64,000 nt of DNA, taken from positions 71,458-135,457 of the forward strand of contig CABZMF010000001.1 in assembly GCA_902526795.1 (NCBI GenBank). The letters are read 5' to 3'. Position numbers and translations under genes: made by a program. Below, piece after piece: positions 29,083-38,366 of the stretch (the first letter of the stretch is position 1; each line of letters starts with the position of its first letter). The stretch comes from an uncultured Fidelibacterota bacterium. Its GTDB lineage: Bacteria > Fidelibacterota > Marinisomatia > Marinisomatales > Marinisomataceae. Below the pieces are notes generated by a model. The model had not been told where the DNA came from, did no database searches, and saw only the letters and a list, made by a program, of their open reading frames with translations.

Positions 29083-29977
29083 ATATTCAGTTTCATGCAC
29101 AGGGGTAGGACTTCATACTGGAGTTCAAAGTACTGTTACATTTCATCCAGCTGATCCAAATACTGGAATAAAATTCATTCGAAACGACAAAGGTGATAAA
29201 GTAGTGACTCCTTACATTGATAATGTTGTTGACTTAACAAGGGGAACCACTATTGAAGAAAATGGTGTAAGGGTACATACTACTGAACACGTAATGTCTG
29301 CTTGCGCCGGTATGCGAATCAATAATTTATTAATAGAACTTAATAGCAAAGAACCCCCTGTAATGGACGGAAGTTCAAAAGACTTTGTTTCTGCACTTAA
29401 GGAAGGAGAAATAATAGATCAAAAAGAGCCTGTTAACTTCCTTGAAATTACGAAGCCGGTGGTCTACAATGATGAAGAAAAAGATGTAGAAGTTTTGGCA
29501 GTTCCATATGATGGCTTTAAAACAACTTTCACAATTCAATATGATCTCGACGATTTAGATGTTCAATATAGTTCTATTCAAAATGCATATACTAATTATG
29601 AAAAACAGATCGCACCAGCTAGAACATTTTGTTTATTAAGTGAGGTGACAGAATTGGCAAAACAAGGACTAATTAAAGGGGGTAATGTTGGGAACGCAGT
29701 TATAATTGTAGATACAGATATCGATGGGGATGAGGTTAATTTTTTTAAAGAAAAGTTTGGGATAAAATTTCATCTTGGATCTCGAGGATTATATAAATCA
29801 CAACAATTAAGATTTAAAAATGAACCTGTAAGACATAAGACATTAGATTTAATTGGAGATTTAGCCTTACTTGGTAAACCTATTAAAGGCCATGTTACTG
29901 CAATAAAGAGTGGTCATAAAGGAAATGTAGAATTTGCAAGGCTTCTTAGAGATGAATTCAAGGATCAATTTAAATGA
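29057..29977 (+). CDS. lpxC: UDP-3-O-acyl-N-acetylglucosamine deacetylase
   Basis: 306 aa. QKTIRYSVSCTGVGLHTG aligns with E. coli QRTLKRIVQATGVGLHTG; also TTEHVMSA and HKTLDLIGDL motifs. 26-nt overlap with lpxD. Confidence 0.93.
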   Translation: MAAKQKTIRYSVSCTGVGLHTGVQSTVTFHPADPNTGIKFIRNDKGDKVVTPYIDNVVDLTRGTTIEENGVRVHTTEHVMSACAGMRINNLLIELNSKEPPVMDGSSKDFVSALKEGEIIDQKEPVNFLEITKPVVYNDEEKDVEVLAVPYDGFKTTFTIQYDLDDLDVQYSSIQNAYTNYEKQIAPARTFCLLSEVTELAKQGLIKGGNVGNAVIIVDTDIDGDEVNFFKEKFGIKFHLGSRGLYKSQQLRFKNEPVRHKTLDLIGDLALLGKPIKGHVTAIKSGHKGNVEFARLLRDEFKDQFK

Positions 29978-30405
29978 AAGACATTAATTACATATTGAAA
30001 GTCATTCCACATAGATATCCTTTTTTATTAGTTGATAGAATTTTAGATAAAGATAATAAAAAAGAAATAAGTACACTCAAAAATGTGACTATCAACGAAC
30101 ATTTTTTTCAAGGGCACTTCCCAAGAAAGCCAGTTATGCCTGGAGTATTACTATTAGAATCTATGGCTCAATCTGCATGTTTAATTATTTTGGACTATAT
30201 TGATAATCATGATGAAAATTTAGTTTACTTATCCAAAGTTTCTAATTTTAGAATACTAAAAAATGTAATACCAGGAGATCAAATTATTATTAATGCTAAA
30301 GTTTTAAATGAAAAGCTAAATTGTTTTAAGTTTGAAGCAACATGTCATGTAGCTAAAGAGCTGGTGGCAAAAGCAGAGTTCTTAGCTTCAGTGGTAAAGA
30401 AATAG
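29974..30405 (+). CDS. fabZ: 3-hydroxyacyl-ACP dehydratase FabZ
   Basis: 143 aa. IPHRYPFLLVDRI, FFQGHFPRKPVMPGVLLLESMAQ hot-dog motifs. ATGA overlap with lpxC. Ends TAG at 30403-30405. Confidence 0.93.
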   Translation: MKDINYILKVIPHRYPFLLVDRILDKDNKKEISTLKNVTINEHFFQGHFPRKPVMPGVLLLESMAQSACLIILDYIDNHDENLVYLSKVSNFRILKNVIPGDQIIINAKVLNEKLNCFKFEATCHVAKELVAKAEFLASVVKK

Positions 30406-30414
30406 GGGAAGAAA

Positions 30415-31185
30415 ATAAGCAATATACACCAGACAAGTATAATATCAAGTTCAGCAAAGATTGGTAAAAATGTTGATATAGGGGCCTATAATGTTATTGA
30501 AGACAATGTTACAATCGGTGATAATGTTAAAATAGGTAATTTTAATACAATATCAGAGTTCACTGATATAGGAAATGATTGCCAAATCATTCATAATAGT
30601 AGTATTGGTGCTGTTCCACAAGACAAAAAGTTTGCTGGCGAAGAAAGTAAACTAATAATAGGTGATAGAACTGTAATTAGAGAATTTGTTACCTTAAATA
30701 GAGGCACTAAAGAAACTGGTGAAACAAGAATTGGTAAAGATGTGCTAATAATGACCGGTGTGCATGTTGCGCACGATTGTAAAATAGGGAATAATGTGAT
30801 ACTCGTCAACCTTGTAGCTTTAGGAGGACATGTTGAAATAGATGATTGGGCAATTCTAGGCGGTGCAAGTAATGTACACCAGTTTTGCAAAATAGGAAAA
30901 CATACGATGATAGCTGCTAATTCAAAAATTGTCCAAGATATTCCTCCCTTCATTTTAGCTGGTAAACATCCAGTGAAATATTCAGGTATTAATTCAATTG
31001 GGTTAACTAGAAGAGGATTTTCCGATGATGAAAAAGCTGATATTAAAAAAGCATATAGGTATCTTTTTAGATCAGAATTAAATCAATCTGATGCCTTAGA
31101 TAAAGTTAAAAAAGAGCTGTCTGATAGCATTCATACTAATGACATAATTTGTTTTTATGAATCTAGTAAAAGAGGAATTATTTAA
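30415..31185 (+). CDS. lpxA: Acyl-ACP--UDP-N-acetylglucosamine O-acyltransferase LpxA; start codon uncertain (putative ATA at 30415; no ATG/GTG/TTG before 30742)
   Basis: Own in-frame translation from 30406: GKKISNIHQTSIISSSAKIGKNVDIGAYNVIEDNVTIGDNV...IGAVPQDKKFAGEESKLIIGDRTVIREFVTLNRGT...GVHVAHDCKIGNN...VHQFC. This is collinear with E. coli LpxA over its whole length. The track shows only the last 147 aa. Confidence 0.8.
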   Translation: MSNIHQTSIISSSAKIGKNVDIGAYNVIEDNVTIGDNVKIGNFNTISEFTDIGNDCQIIHNSSIGAVPQDKKFAGEESKLIIGDRTVIREFVTLNRGTKETGETRIGKDVLIMTGVHVAHDCKIGNNVILVNLVALGGHVEIDDWAILGGASNVHQFCKIGKHTMIAANSKIVQDIPPFILAGKHPVKYSGINSIGLTRRGFSDDEKADIKKAYRYLFRSELNQSDALDKVKKELSDSIHTNDIICFYESSKRGII

Positions 31186-31193
31186 TATTTCAA

Positions 31194-32330
31194 ATGGAAA
31201 AAAATGTTTTTGTTATGGGTTCAACAGGATCAATAGGGGTCCAGTCACTAGACGTTATATCAAAAAGTAAATCGCACAAGTTGATAGGACTCAGCTGCTA
31301 CTCAAGTGCAGATTTTTTATTAGAACAAACAAAAAAATACAAACCAAGGATAGTAGCAATTGATGTTATTAAGTCATCTCACGATTTATTTGAATACTGC
31401 AGTAAAAATAATATAAAGCTATGTTATGGAAAGAATTCTTCCTCAAAAATCCCTTTTCAGAATATAGACTTAGCCATCAATGCAATAGTTGGAACATCAG
31501 GATTAAAACCAACTGTAGAACTTATTAAAAATGGAATTGATATTGCTCTAAGCAACAAAGAGTCGCTAGTATTGGGAGGACATTTTATAATGCCTCTTGC
31601 AAAAAAAAATAATGTTAAAATTATACCAGTTGATAGTGAACACTCTGCTATTTTTCAATGTTTACATGGAGAAAATCACTCTAATCTAAAAAAAATAATT
31701 TTAACTGGAAGTGGAGGACCTTTCTTAGAAAAACCACTCGAGGATTTTGACAAAATTACACCTACTGAAGCATTGAAGCATCCTAATTGGAATATGGGAG
31801 AAAAAATATCAATAGATTCTGCTACAATGATGAACAAAGCATTAGAATTAATTGAAGCACTTTGGCTCTTTGATATAGATATCAAACAAATTGAAATTTT
31901 TATTCATCCTCAATCAATTGTTCACTCAATGGTAGAATTTATAGATGGTTCATATAAAGCTCATTTGGGTGTACCCGATATGAAGGTACCAATACAGTAT
32001 GCTCTGACTTATCCTACCAGAAATAAACTATCTGTAGATAGTTTAGACTTAAGTAATTTAAATCTTGAATTTAAGTTACCCGACTATGATAGATATCCTA
32101 TCTTAGCTTTCGTTGAAGAACTAATACAGGTTGGTGGTAATAGGGTGGCAGTTATGAGTATAGCAAATGATTATATTGTACAAAAATTTCTTGATGAAAA
32201 AATTTCTTTTAATCAAATATTTCATTTAATCAAAGAGGTAGTAAGTGAATTTGCTTCTGATGATTTACCTAGTTTAGAAGATTTACTTATTTTAGATGAA
32301 AATATTAAACTATATTTAAAATCAAATTAA
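31194..32330 (+). CDS. dxr: 1-deoxy-D-xylulose 5-phosphate reductoisomerase
   Basis: 378 aa. VMGSTGSIGVQSLDV, LSNKESLV, PVDSEHSAIFQC, LTGSGGPF, HPNWNMGEKISIDSATMMNK motifs. Confidence 0.95.
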   Translation: MEKNVFVMGSTGSIGVQSLDVISKSKSHKLIGLSCYSSADFLLEQTKKYKPRIVAIDVIKSSHDLFEYCSKNNIKLCYGKNSSSKIPFQNIDLAINAIVGTSGLKPTVELIKNGIDIALSNKESLVLGGHFIMPLAKKNNVKIIPVDSEHSAIFQCLHGENHSNLKKIILTGSGGPFLEKPLEDFDKITPTEALKHPNWNMGEKISIDSATMMNKALELIEALWLFDIDIKQIEIFIHPQSIVHSMVEFIDGSYKAHLGVPDMKVPIQYALTYPTRNKLSVDSLDLSNLNLEFKLPDYDRYPILAFVEELIQVGGNRVAVMSIANDYIVQKFLDEKISFNQIFHLIKEVVSEFASDDLPSLEDLLILDENIKLYLKSN

Positions 32331-32336
32331 AACAGA

Positions 32337-33521
32337 ATGATTTATATTTTAGCATTTATAGTACTTATTGGAGTGATTGTATTTGTTCACGAACTAGGTC
32401 ACTTTTGGGCAGCCAGAAGTGTTGGAGTAGGAGTTGAACGTTTTTCAGTTGGCATGCCACCAAACTTTATTGATTTTACGAAGACTAATAAAGGGCTGGT
32501 TATTGAAATATTCTTCTTTTCTATAAAAAACGGAAAATTAACTTGGACTAAAATTTTTACTACAACCTTATCATCATTTAAAAAACCTTCAGAAACAGTC
32601 TATACTATTGGACTGTTACCTTTAGGAGGATATGTTAAGATGAAAGGCATTCTTGATGAAAATATGGACAGTGATTTTAAAGGTGCAGATGATGAATTAG
32701 AGTCAAAAAATCCACTCCAAAAAATTTGGGTTATGAGTGCAGGTGTAATAATGAATCTCATTTTAACTTTTTTTGTATTTGCGATGATAGGCAATATTCA
32801 AGGTGATAGTGTAACAGAAAATAACAATACAGTTATTGATTATGTTGTACCTGAACAACCAGCAGAAATTTCAGGGATGTTACCAGGTGATAAAATTTTA
32901 TCAATTAATAACATTACGGTTGATTCCTGGGAATCAACAGTAGAAAATATAGAAAAAAACCCGAAAAAAACTGTTCCCATTTCGCTTGAGAGGGACGGTG
33001 AAATAATTAGTTTATCTGTAAGTCTTGGTTCCAAGCCTAATTTATCAACTGGAAGAGTAGATCAAGAAGTTGGAACTTTAGGAATTTCCAAAAAGCAGAA
33101 ACCTGTGGAACTAAATTTTTCTGAGTCATTCATTTATGCTTATAAAGAAACCAGATGGGCAATGACATTAATGACTTCATCATTAAAAATGATTTTCCAA
33201 GGTAATGTATCAAGAGATGAAGTGGGTAGTGTCATCATGATTGGTGATATGGCAGGACAGGCAGCCCAAGCTGGTCTTGTTCCTTTCCTATTTTTAATGG
33301 CCTTAATTAGTGTGAATTTAGCATACATTAATATTCTGCCGATCCCAGGTTTAGATGGAGGTCACATAGCTTTAATTTTGATAGAAGTTCTGATGGGAAG
33401 AAAACTTTCAGTTAAAGCACGTATTAGAATCCAATCAATAGGAATGTTTTTTCTAATTTCGCTTATGGTATTTTTAATATTTAATGATATTAGTCGAGTA
33501 ATTACCGGCTTATTTTCTTGA
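32337..33521 (+). CDS. rseP: RIP site-2 metalloprotease RseP (M50 family) with a PDZ domain
   Basis: 394 aa. HELGHF zinc motif in TM1, PDZ-like region (PAEISGMLPGDKILSINN), C-terminal NILPIPGLDGGH motif. dxr-rseP context. Confidence 0.85.
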   Translation: MIYILAFIVLIGVIVFVHELGHFWAARSVGVGVERFSVGMPPNFIDFTKTNKGLVIEIFFFSIKNGKLTWTKIFTTTLSSFKKPSETVYTIGLLPLGGYVKMKGILDENMDSDFKGADDELESKNPLQKIWVMSAGVIMNLILTFFVFAMIGNIQGDSVTENNNTVIDYVVPEQPAEISGMLPGDKILSINNITVDSWESTVENIEKNPKKTVPISLERDGEIISLSVSLGSKPNLSTGRVDQEVGTLGISKKQKPVELNFSESFIYAYKETRWAMTLMTSSLKMIFQGNVSRDEVGSVIMIGDMAGQAAQAGLVPFLFLMALISVNLAYINILPIPGLDGGHIALILIEVLMGRKLSVKARIRIQSIGMFFLISLMVFLIFNDISRVITGLFS

Positions 33522-34215
33522 GTCGTAATTCTATAACTCCGCTACTAAGTTTAATCAATATTTTCGCTGGAACTAAAATCTCATCAATAGAAACATAACT
33601 CACTTCCATATCGCCTTTATTTTTTAAAACAGGCTGTCCATTTTTGACTGGAGATAACTTATATCCCTTTTTGTTTCCATATGGTGTTTTAACGATTTCA
33701 GAACCTAAATTTTTTATTTCTATTTCTCTACTTTTACCGGCATCAACTATATTAAATTTTTTAGATGATTTATTTGGAATTTCAAATTCTGATAATATCA
33801 ATATTAAAGAATATGGATCAAATACATTTTCTTTTACAATAAACTCCTTTTCGTTTGTTATTCCTTTTTGATTTATGATCACAGTTTCAGAGTTTTTCTT
33901 TTTACGAAGTTCGCTTATATTTTTATTTTGTTTAACGACATTTAGATTACTTTTATTAATCCAAACATCGATTATATTTCTAATTTTGTATATTCTATCG
34001 CCTAACTTTGTGGTGCGAACATTAAAATTTAAATGATATACATCTATTCCATATATTTTATCAGGATCTTTTATAGATAGAGAAGCTTCTCCAAGCTTCA
34101 AATTAAGGACTTCTAGAAAAACATTATATTCGTATTTAATTTTTGATTCGAATCTTCCCTCTTTTGCTGATCCCAGCGATAGTGAAAATAGAAGTATAAA
34201 TAACAGATATTTCAT
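33502..34215 (-). CDS. Secreted hypothetical protein (DUF3108-like beta-rich protein)
   Basis: 237 aa with a signal peptide (MKYLLFILLFSLSLGSA). Composition and length recall DUF3108, but I cannot verify that. 20-nt convergent overlap with rseP. Confidence 0.4.
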   Translation of the reverse strand: MKYLLFILLFSLSLGSAKEGRFESKIKYEYNVFLEVLNLKLGEASLSIKDPDKIYGIDVYHLNFNVRTTKLGDRIYKIRNIIDVWINKSNLNVVKQNKNISELRKKKNSETVIINQKGITNEKEFIVKENVFDPYSLILILSEFEIPNKSSKKFNIVDAGKSREIEIKNLGSEIVKTPYGNKKGYKLSPVKNGQPVLKNKGDMEVSYVSIDEILVPAKILIKLSSGVIELRLKKISR

Positions 34216-34216
34216 T

Positions 34217-34804
34217 TTAACGAATTTGTTTTAGTTCGTCTTTTTCTAATAAAAAAATTTTCGAAGGGTTATTATTAATTGATCCGTCATCAAAAAGTAA
34301 ATCAATTTTATTACCAAACTTTTCCTCAATTTCATCTGGTATATATAATGGATCAAACCCAGTTTTATTGATACTAGTAGTTGTAATTGGTTTATTATAT
34401 AGTTTCAATACTGACTTCAAAAAATCATGGTTAGGTATACGAAAACCAATTTTACCATTTTTAGTAATTTTTTCGTTGAATGATCCTTTTTTATAGCGAG
34501 CTATACATGTGCTTCCATCTTTTAAAATATCTATAACTTTTAAAACATTCTGTTGATTAATTGCAATTTCATTTTTTATGATATCAAAATTTGCTAGAGC
34601 AATACTCATTGGTTGCTCACGCTTTTTCATTTTATTAATTCTACGAATTCCCTCATTATTGCTTATAGCAGTTCCAACTCCATAAATCGTATCAGTTGGA
34701 TACGCAATTACTTTATTATCGTTTAATGCCTTTATAAAAATTTCTTTTGCATTAGAATGGTTTGTTTTTAATCTGATCATCAATAATTCCTTACTGATTT
34801 CCAT
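34217..34804 (-). CDS. tsaC: L-threonylcarbamoyladenylate synthase (YrdC/TsaC family)
   Basis: 195 aa. VIAYPTDTIYGVG, KKREQPMSIA and GFRIPNH motifs of the Sua5/YciO/YrdC fold. Confidence 0.8.
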   Translation of the reverse strand: MEISKELLMIRLKTNHSNAKEIFIKALNDNKVIAYPTDTIYGVGTAISNNEGIRRINKMKKREQPMSIALANFDIIKNEIAINQQNVLKVIDILKDGSTCIARYKKGSFNEKITKNGKIGFRIPNHDFLKSVLKLYNKPITTTSINKTGFDPLYIPDEIEEKFGNKIDLLFDDGSINNNPSKIFLLEKDELKQIR

Positions 34805-35613
34805 CTTTTATGAAACCAGAAATACTGTTCAGGTGATTTTGTTATTGTTTTCTCAATTTTCAAAGTATATGACTGAACAATATTTTCAATACTATTACTT
34901 GTATTGATTTCATCAAATTCAACTTCATACGAACCATCTACCTTTGTAATACTTGAATAAATTAATGGACATTTATTTCTTTTACTTAATATAGCAGCAC
35001 CAGAGTGTGTTGATGAATCAATACTAAAAAATTTTACGTTGACTCCTTTGTTTTTCGCATCCTGATCACTGAGTAGTATTAAAACATTGTTTTGTGAAAG
35101 TGATTCATTTAAAAGACGTGCATCTCCACCTTTGTAAAGCTGATTATTTATAAACTTTTCTCTGATTTTTTTAAAAAATAAATCAGCTCCCCTATTATTT
35201 TGTTTGTATGCAACACCTGTCAAATCAACCCCCTTTTCATTCATAGCATAAAATAATTTATCAAAGGACCCAAAATGTGAGCCAAGCAAAATAACCCCAT
35301 TCTTTTTATTTAAAGCATTAGATAAAACCTCAAAATTTGAAAAATTAATTTTTGAATTTTTATAATATCGTGGAAAGGATAAAAAGTCTAAAAACTCTTT
35401 TGTATAAAATTTATAACATAATTTCATAGTTTTTTTGTACCATTTTTTTTCCTTATTGGGGAATGCCCACCTTAAATTAGTTAAAACAACTTTTTGTCTA
35501 ATTTTTAGCACATGAAATAGTAGACTATAAATAATTTTATAGGTAATATTATACGCAAATGTTGGAGCATTTCTTAAGTAAAAAGAAAAAGCTTTTAAAA
35601 AAAAGTACATCAC
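34780..35613 (-). CDS. Lipid A biosynthesis (Kdo2-lipid IVA) late acyltransferase, LpxL/HtrB family
   Basis: 277 aa. N-terminal TM helix, GSHFGSFD (HX4D-type motif), C-terminal PEQYFWFHKRWK typical of the Lip_A_acyltrans family. Confidence 0.75.
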   Translation of the reverse strand: MMYFFLKAFSFYLRNAPTFAYNITYKIIYSLLFHVLKIRQKVVLTNLRWAFPNKEKKWYKKTMKLCYKFYTKEFLDFLSFPRYYKNSKINFSNFEVLSNALNKKNGVILLGSHFGSFDKLFYAMNEKGVDLTGVAYKQNNRGADLFFKKIREKFINNQLYKGGDARLLNESLSQNNVLILLSDQDAKNKGVNVKFFSIDSSTHSGAAILSKRNKCPLIYSSITKVDGSYEVEFDEINTSNSIENIVQSYTLKIEKTITKSPEQYFWFHKRWKSVRNY

Positions 35614-35638
35614 TTAAATCTAAATCTTTGAAATAGCA

Positions 35639-36844
35639 ATGAAAACAAAATTTAAGAACATATTATTTGGATTAGTATTAATGTTCTCTGCAATAATTTT
35701 TGCGGAAGACATTAATAAAAAAATATATGTAGTACCCGTTCAAGATGTAATTGATCTTGGCATTCCAAGCCTTGTTTCTCGCGCTATTAGTTTAGCCGAA
35801 TCTAATAATGCCGACATGATTATTTTTGATATTGATACATTTGGTGGTCGCGTTGATGCTGCTACACAAATAAAAGATTCCATATCTTCAACTAATATTG
35901 AAACCATTGCATTTATAAATCGAAGAGCTATTTCTGCTGGTTCATTAATATCTCTTTCCTGTGACAAGATTTACATGACCGATGGAGCAACAATAGGTGC
36001 TACAAGTGTTGTCGATATGTCCGGTACTAAAGTATCAGAAAAATCTCAAAGCTATATGAGAGAAGAAATGGCTGCCACTGCTGAAAAGTCAGGAAAAAAT
36101 CCCAATATAGCTAGAGGTATGGTTGATGAAGAATTAAGTTTTGAATATCTAGTGGTTGATGGTGATTCACTTAAAGTTGATGACATAGAAGGTAGAAAAG
36201 AAGGAAAGCTTATTACCTTAACTACTGAATTAGCATTAAAATATGGAATTGCTGACGGTAAAGGAGAAACCATTGAAGAGCTTCTTTCGTCTTTAGAAAT
36301 AGACGAGTATGATATTATTACAGTTGATGAAAATTGGTCAGAAAATGTCGTTAGAATATTAACGAATCCAACCGTATCATCTTTATTAACAACTTTTGGT
36401 ACAATTGGAGTTATTTCAGAGTTGTATAGTGCTGGATGGGGAATTGGAGGAACAATTGGAATTATATGTTTAACTCTTGCATTAGGAGCTGGATATTTAA
36501 CACAGTTAGCATCCTCTACGGATATTTTAATAATATTATTAGGGATAATATTGTTGTTAGTTGAGGCTGTTGCTTTACCAGGATTTGGTATTTTTGGTAT
36601 TACTGGGATCATTATTTTATTTTATGGCTTTTATCTGTTACTTATTCCTGATATTCCTGTTGGTCCTGAAATATATTCAGAAGCATTAGATGGATTTTCT
36701 TGGGCCATAGTTGTAGGAATTTTTGGGATTATTTTTATTTTAAGATTGATTGGTAAATCAGCTTTCTTTCAAAAATTGGTAAGTAGTGATACTAACAAAA
36801 CTACCTTAAAAAAGAATTTTAAAAACAGAAGTAAAGTTGAGTAG
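35639..36844 (+). CDS. nfeD: NfeD-family membrane protein (ClpP-class serine protease domain plus C-terminal membrane domain)
   Basis: 401 aa. Signal/TM helix, ClpP-like domain (IDTFGGRVDAA...AISAGSLISLSCD), multiple C-terminal TM helices. Immediately upstream of floA. Ends with TAG. Confidence 0.75.
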   Translation: MKTKFKNILFGLVLMFSAIIFAEDINKKIYVVPVQDVIDLGIPSLVSRAISLAESNNADMIIFDIDTFGGRVDAATQIKDSISSTNIETIAFINRRAISAGSLISLSCDKIYMTDGATIGATSVVDMSGTKVSEKSQSYMREEMAATAEKSGKNPNIARGMVDEELSFEYLVVDGDSLKVDDIEGRKEGKLITLTTELALKYGIADGKGETIEELLSSLEIDEYDIITVDENWSENVVRILTNPTVSSLLTTFGTIGVISELYSAGWGIGGTIGIICLTLALGAGYLTQLASSTDILIILLGIILLLVEAVALPGFGIFGITGIIILFYGFYLLLIPDIPVGPEIYSEALDGFSWAIVVGIFGIIFILRLIGKSAFFQKLVSSDTNKTTLKKNFKNRSKVE

Positions 36845-36902
36845 TTCTAAGATATCAGCTACTTAAAGTGTAAATTAATTATATAACTATAAAGGAGGAA
36901 TA

Positions 36903-37871
36903 ATGGGACTATATGTTGCCATACCGTTAATTTTAACTATTTTACTACTATTGTACCTTGTACCAGTTGGTTTATGGTTACAATCTATTTTTAGTATTGG
37001 AGCAGGTCGTGTAACAATCTTGGGTCTTGTTGGTATGAGATTTAGACGTGTTCCGCCAGGTATTATTGTAAACGGTTTAATTGCTGCACAAAAAGCAGGA
37101 TTAGACAATATTTCAACTAGTGATTTGGAAGTTCATTATATGGCTGGAGGTAATGTTGATAAAGTTGTAGATGCATTGATTGCTGCTTCTAAAGCTGGGA
37201 TCGAATTAACTTATTCAATTGCAACTGCAATTGATCTCGCTGGTAGAGATGTCCTTTCAGCAGTACAAACAAGCGTATATCCTAAAGTTATTGATGCGCC
37301 TATAGATGGTAAATTATCTGCTGTTGCTAAAGATGGTATTGAAGTAAGAGCAAGAGCAAGGGTTACTGTTAGAACCGATATTCCTAATCTTGTTGGTGGA
37401 GCGACTGAGGACACAATTATAGCAAGAGTTGGTGAGGGGATTGTTAGTGCTATTGGATCAAGAGAAACCTACGAAGCAGTATTAGAAAATCCTGATTCAA
37501 TTTCCAGAACAGTATTAGAAAAAGGTCTAAACAAGGGTACGGCTTTTGAAATTCTTTCAATTGACATTGCCGATATTGATGTTGGAAAAAATATTGGTGC
37601 ACAACTACAAGCTGATCAGGCTGAAGCAGACTTAAGGGTTGCCCAGGCTAAAGCGGAAACAAGAAGAGCAATGGCTGTTGCTTTAGAACAAGAAATGAAA
37701 GCTAAGGTAGTAGAAGCTGAATCTGAGGTTCCGCTTGCAATGGCTCTCGCATTTAAAAAAGGTAATTTGGGTGTTTTAGATTACTACAAATTAGATAATA
37801 TTGCATCTGATACAAGCATGAGACAATCTATTGCAGGAGTGACTGAAGATAACGAAGACACTGAGGATTAA
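36903..37871 (+). CDS. floA: Flotillin-like protein FloA (YqfA/UPF0365)
   Basis: 322 aa. Strong AAAGGAGGA Shine-Dalgarno. Collinear with B. subtilis FloA as recalled ([14 protein letters not shown]...[21 protein letters not shown]...[24 protein letters not shown]). Confidence 0.85.
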   Translation: MGLYVAIPLILTILLLLYLVPVGLWLQSIFSIGAGRVTILGLVGMRFRRVPPGIIVNGLIAAQKAGLDNISTSDLEVHYMAGGNVDKVVDALIAASKAGIELTYSIATAIDLAGRDVLSAVQTSVYPKVIDAPIDGKLSAVAKDGIEVRARARVTVRTDIPNLVGGATEDTIIARVGEGIVSAIGSRETYEAVLENPDSISRTVLEKGLNKGTAFEILSIDIADIDVGKNIGAQLQADQAEADLRVAQAKAETRRAMAVALEQEMKAKVVEAESEVPLAMALAFKKGNLGVLDYYKLDNIASDTSMRQSIAGVTEDNEDTED

Positions 37872-37874
37872 TCT

Positions 37875-38366
37875 TTGGAAGAGTTAATATATTGGGGAAT
37901 AATTTTTCTCTTCTACTTATTTTCTGCCTACAGAAGTAGGCAGAAAAGAGCCGAAACTGAAAATTTTCAAACTCCAAAAATCCAGCCTAATCCAATTCCA
38001 AAGAAAAATAATCAAGACTTTAATATTTTTGAATTCCTTGATGATGCAGTGGAAAAATCTGCAGTTGAAATGGATACCTTCGTAAAAAAAAATGAACCAT
38101 CTTTCGAGAATGATAAATTAGTTTCTTCAAACATTCAGGATGAAATTTATCAAACAAATTATGATAGAAAACAAGAGCTCAAAGAGACTATTGATTTGAA
38201 AGATCAGCACTTAGATAATTTACAGTCTAGAATTGAAACAAAAGAGCATTATATATACTCAAAGCAAAAGCTATTAACCCTTCAGGAGAAATTGAAGAAT
38301 AAGCCAACAAAACTTGCTATTGTTATGAAAGCAATTTTTGACCCACCTAAATCTCAAGGTATATAA
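37875..38366 (+). CDS. Hypothetical membrane-anchored protein (third gene of the nfeD-floA unit)
   Basis: 163 aa, TTG start 3 nt after the floA stop. One N-terminal TM helix (LIYWGIIFLFYLFSAY), then a polar/coiled-coil region. No recognisable family. Confidence 0.45.
   Translation: MEELIYWGIIFLFYLFSAYRSRQKRAETENFQTPKIQPNPIPKKNNQDFNIFEFLDDAVEKSAVEMDTFVKKNEPSFENDKLVSSNIQDEIYQTNYDRKQELKETIDLKDQHLDNLQSRIETKEHYIYSKQKLLTLQEKLKNKPTKLAIVMKAIFDPPKSQGI

Noticed and set aside
30403-30405. TAG reassignment (sense codon) as the explanation for the in-frame fabZ-TAG-lpxA arrangement
   Set aside because: TAG terminates several well-delimited genes at their expected ends in this same window: the FabL-like gene (5143-5145), pth (15116-18), nfeD (36842-44) and the M1 peptidase (62060-62). 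A genome-wide recoding of TAG is therefore unlikely. Local read-through is still listed as one option in the finding.
30591-30953. 120-aa minus-strand ORF
   Set aside because: It is antisense to lpxA. The hexapeptide-repeat periodicity of lpxA generates long open antisense frames. No independent evidence supports it.
36052-36612. 186-aa minus-strand ORF
   Set aside because: It is antisense to the nfeD coding region. The translation is a Ser/Pro/Ile/Asn-rich shadow ORF without motifs, whereas nfeD has clear ClpP-like and TM domains in the same interval.
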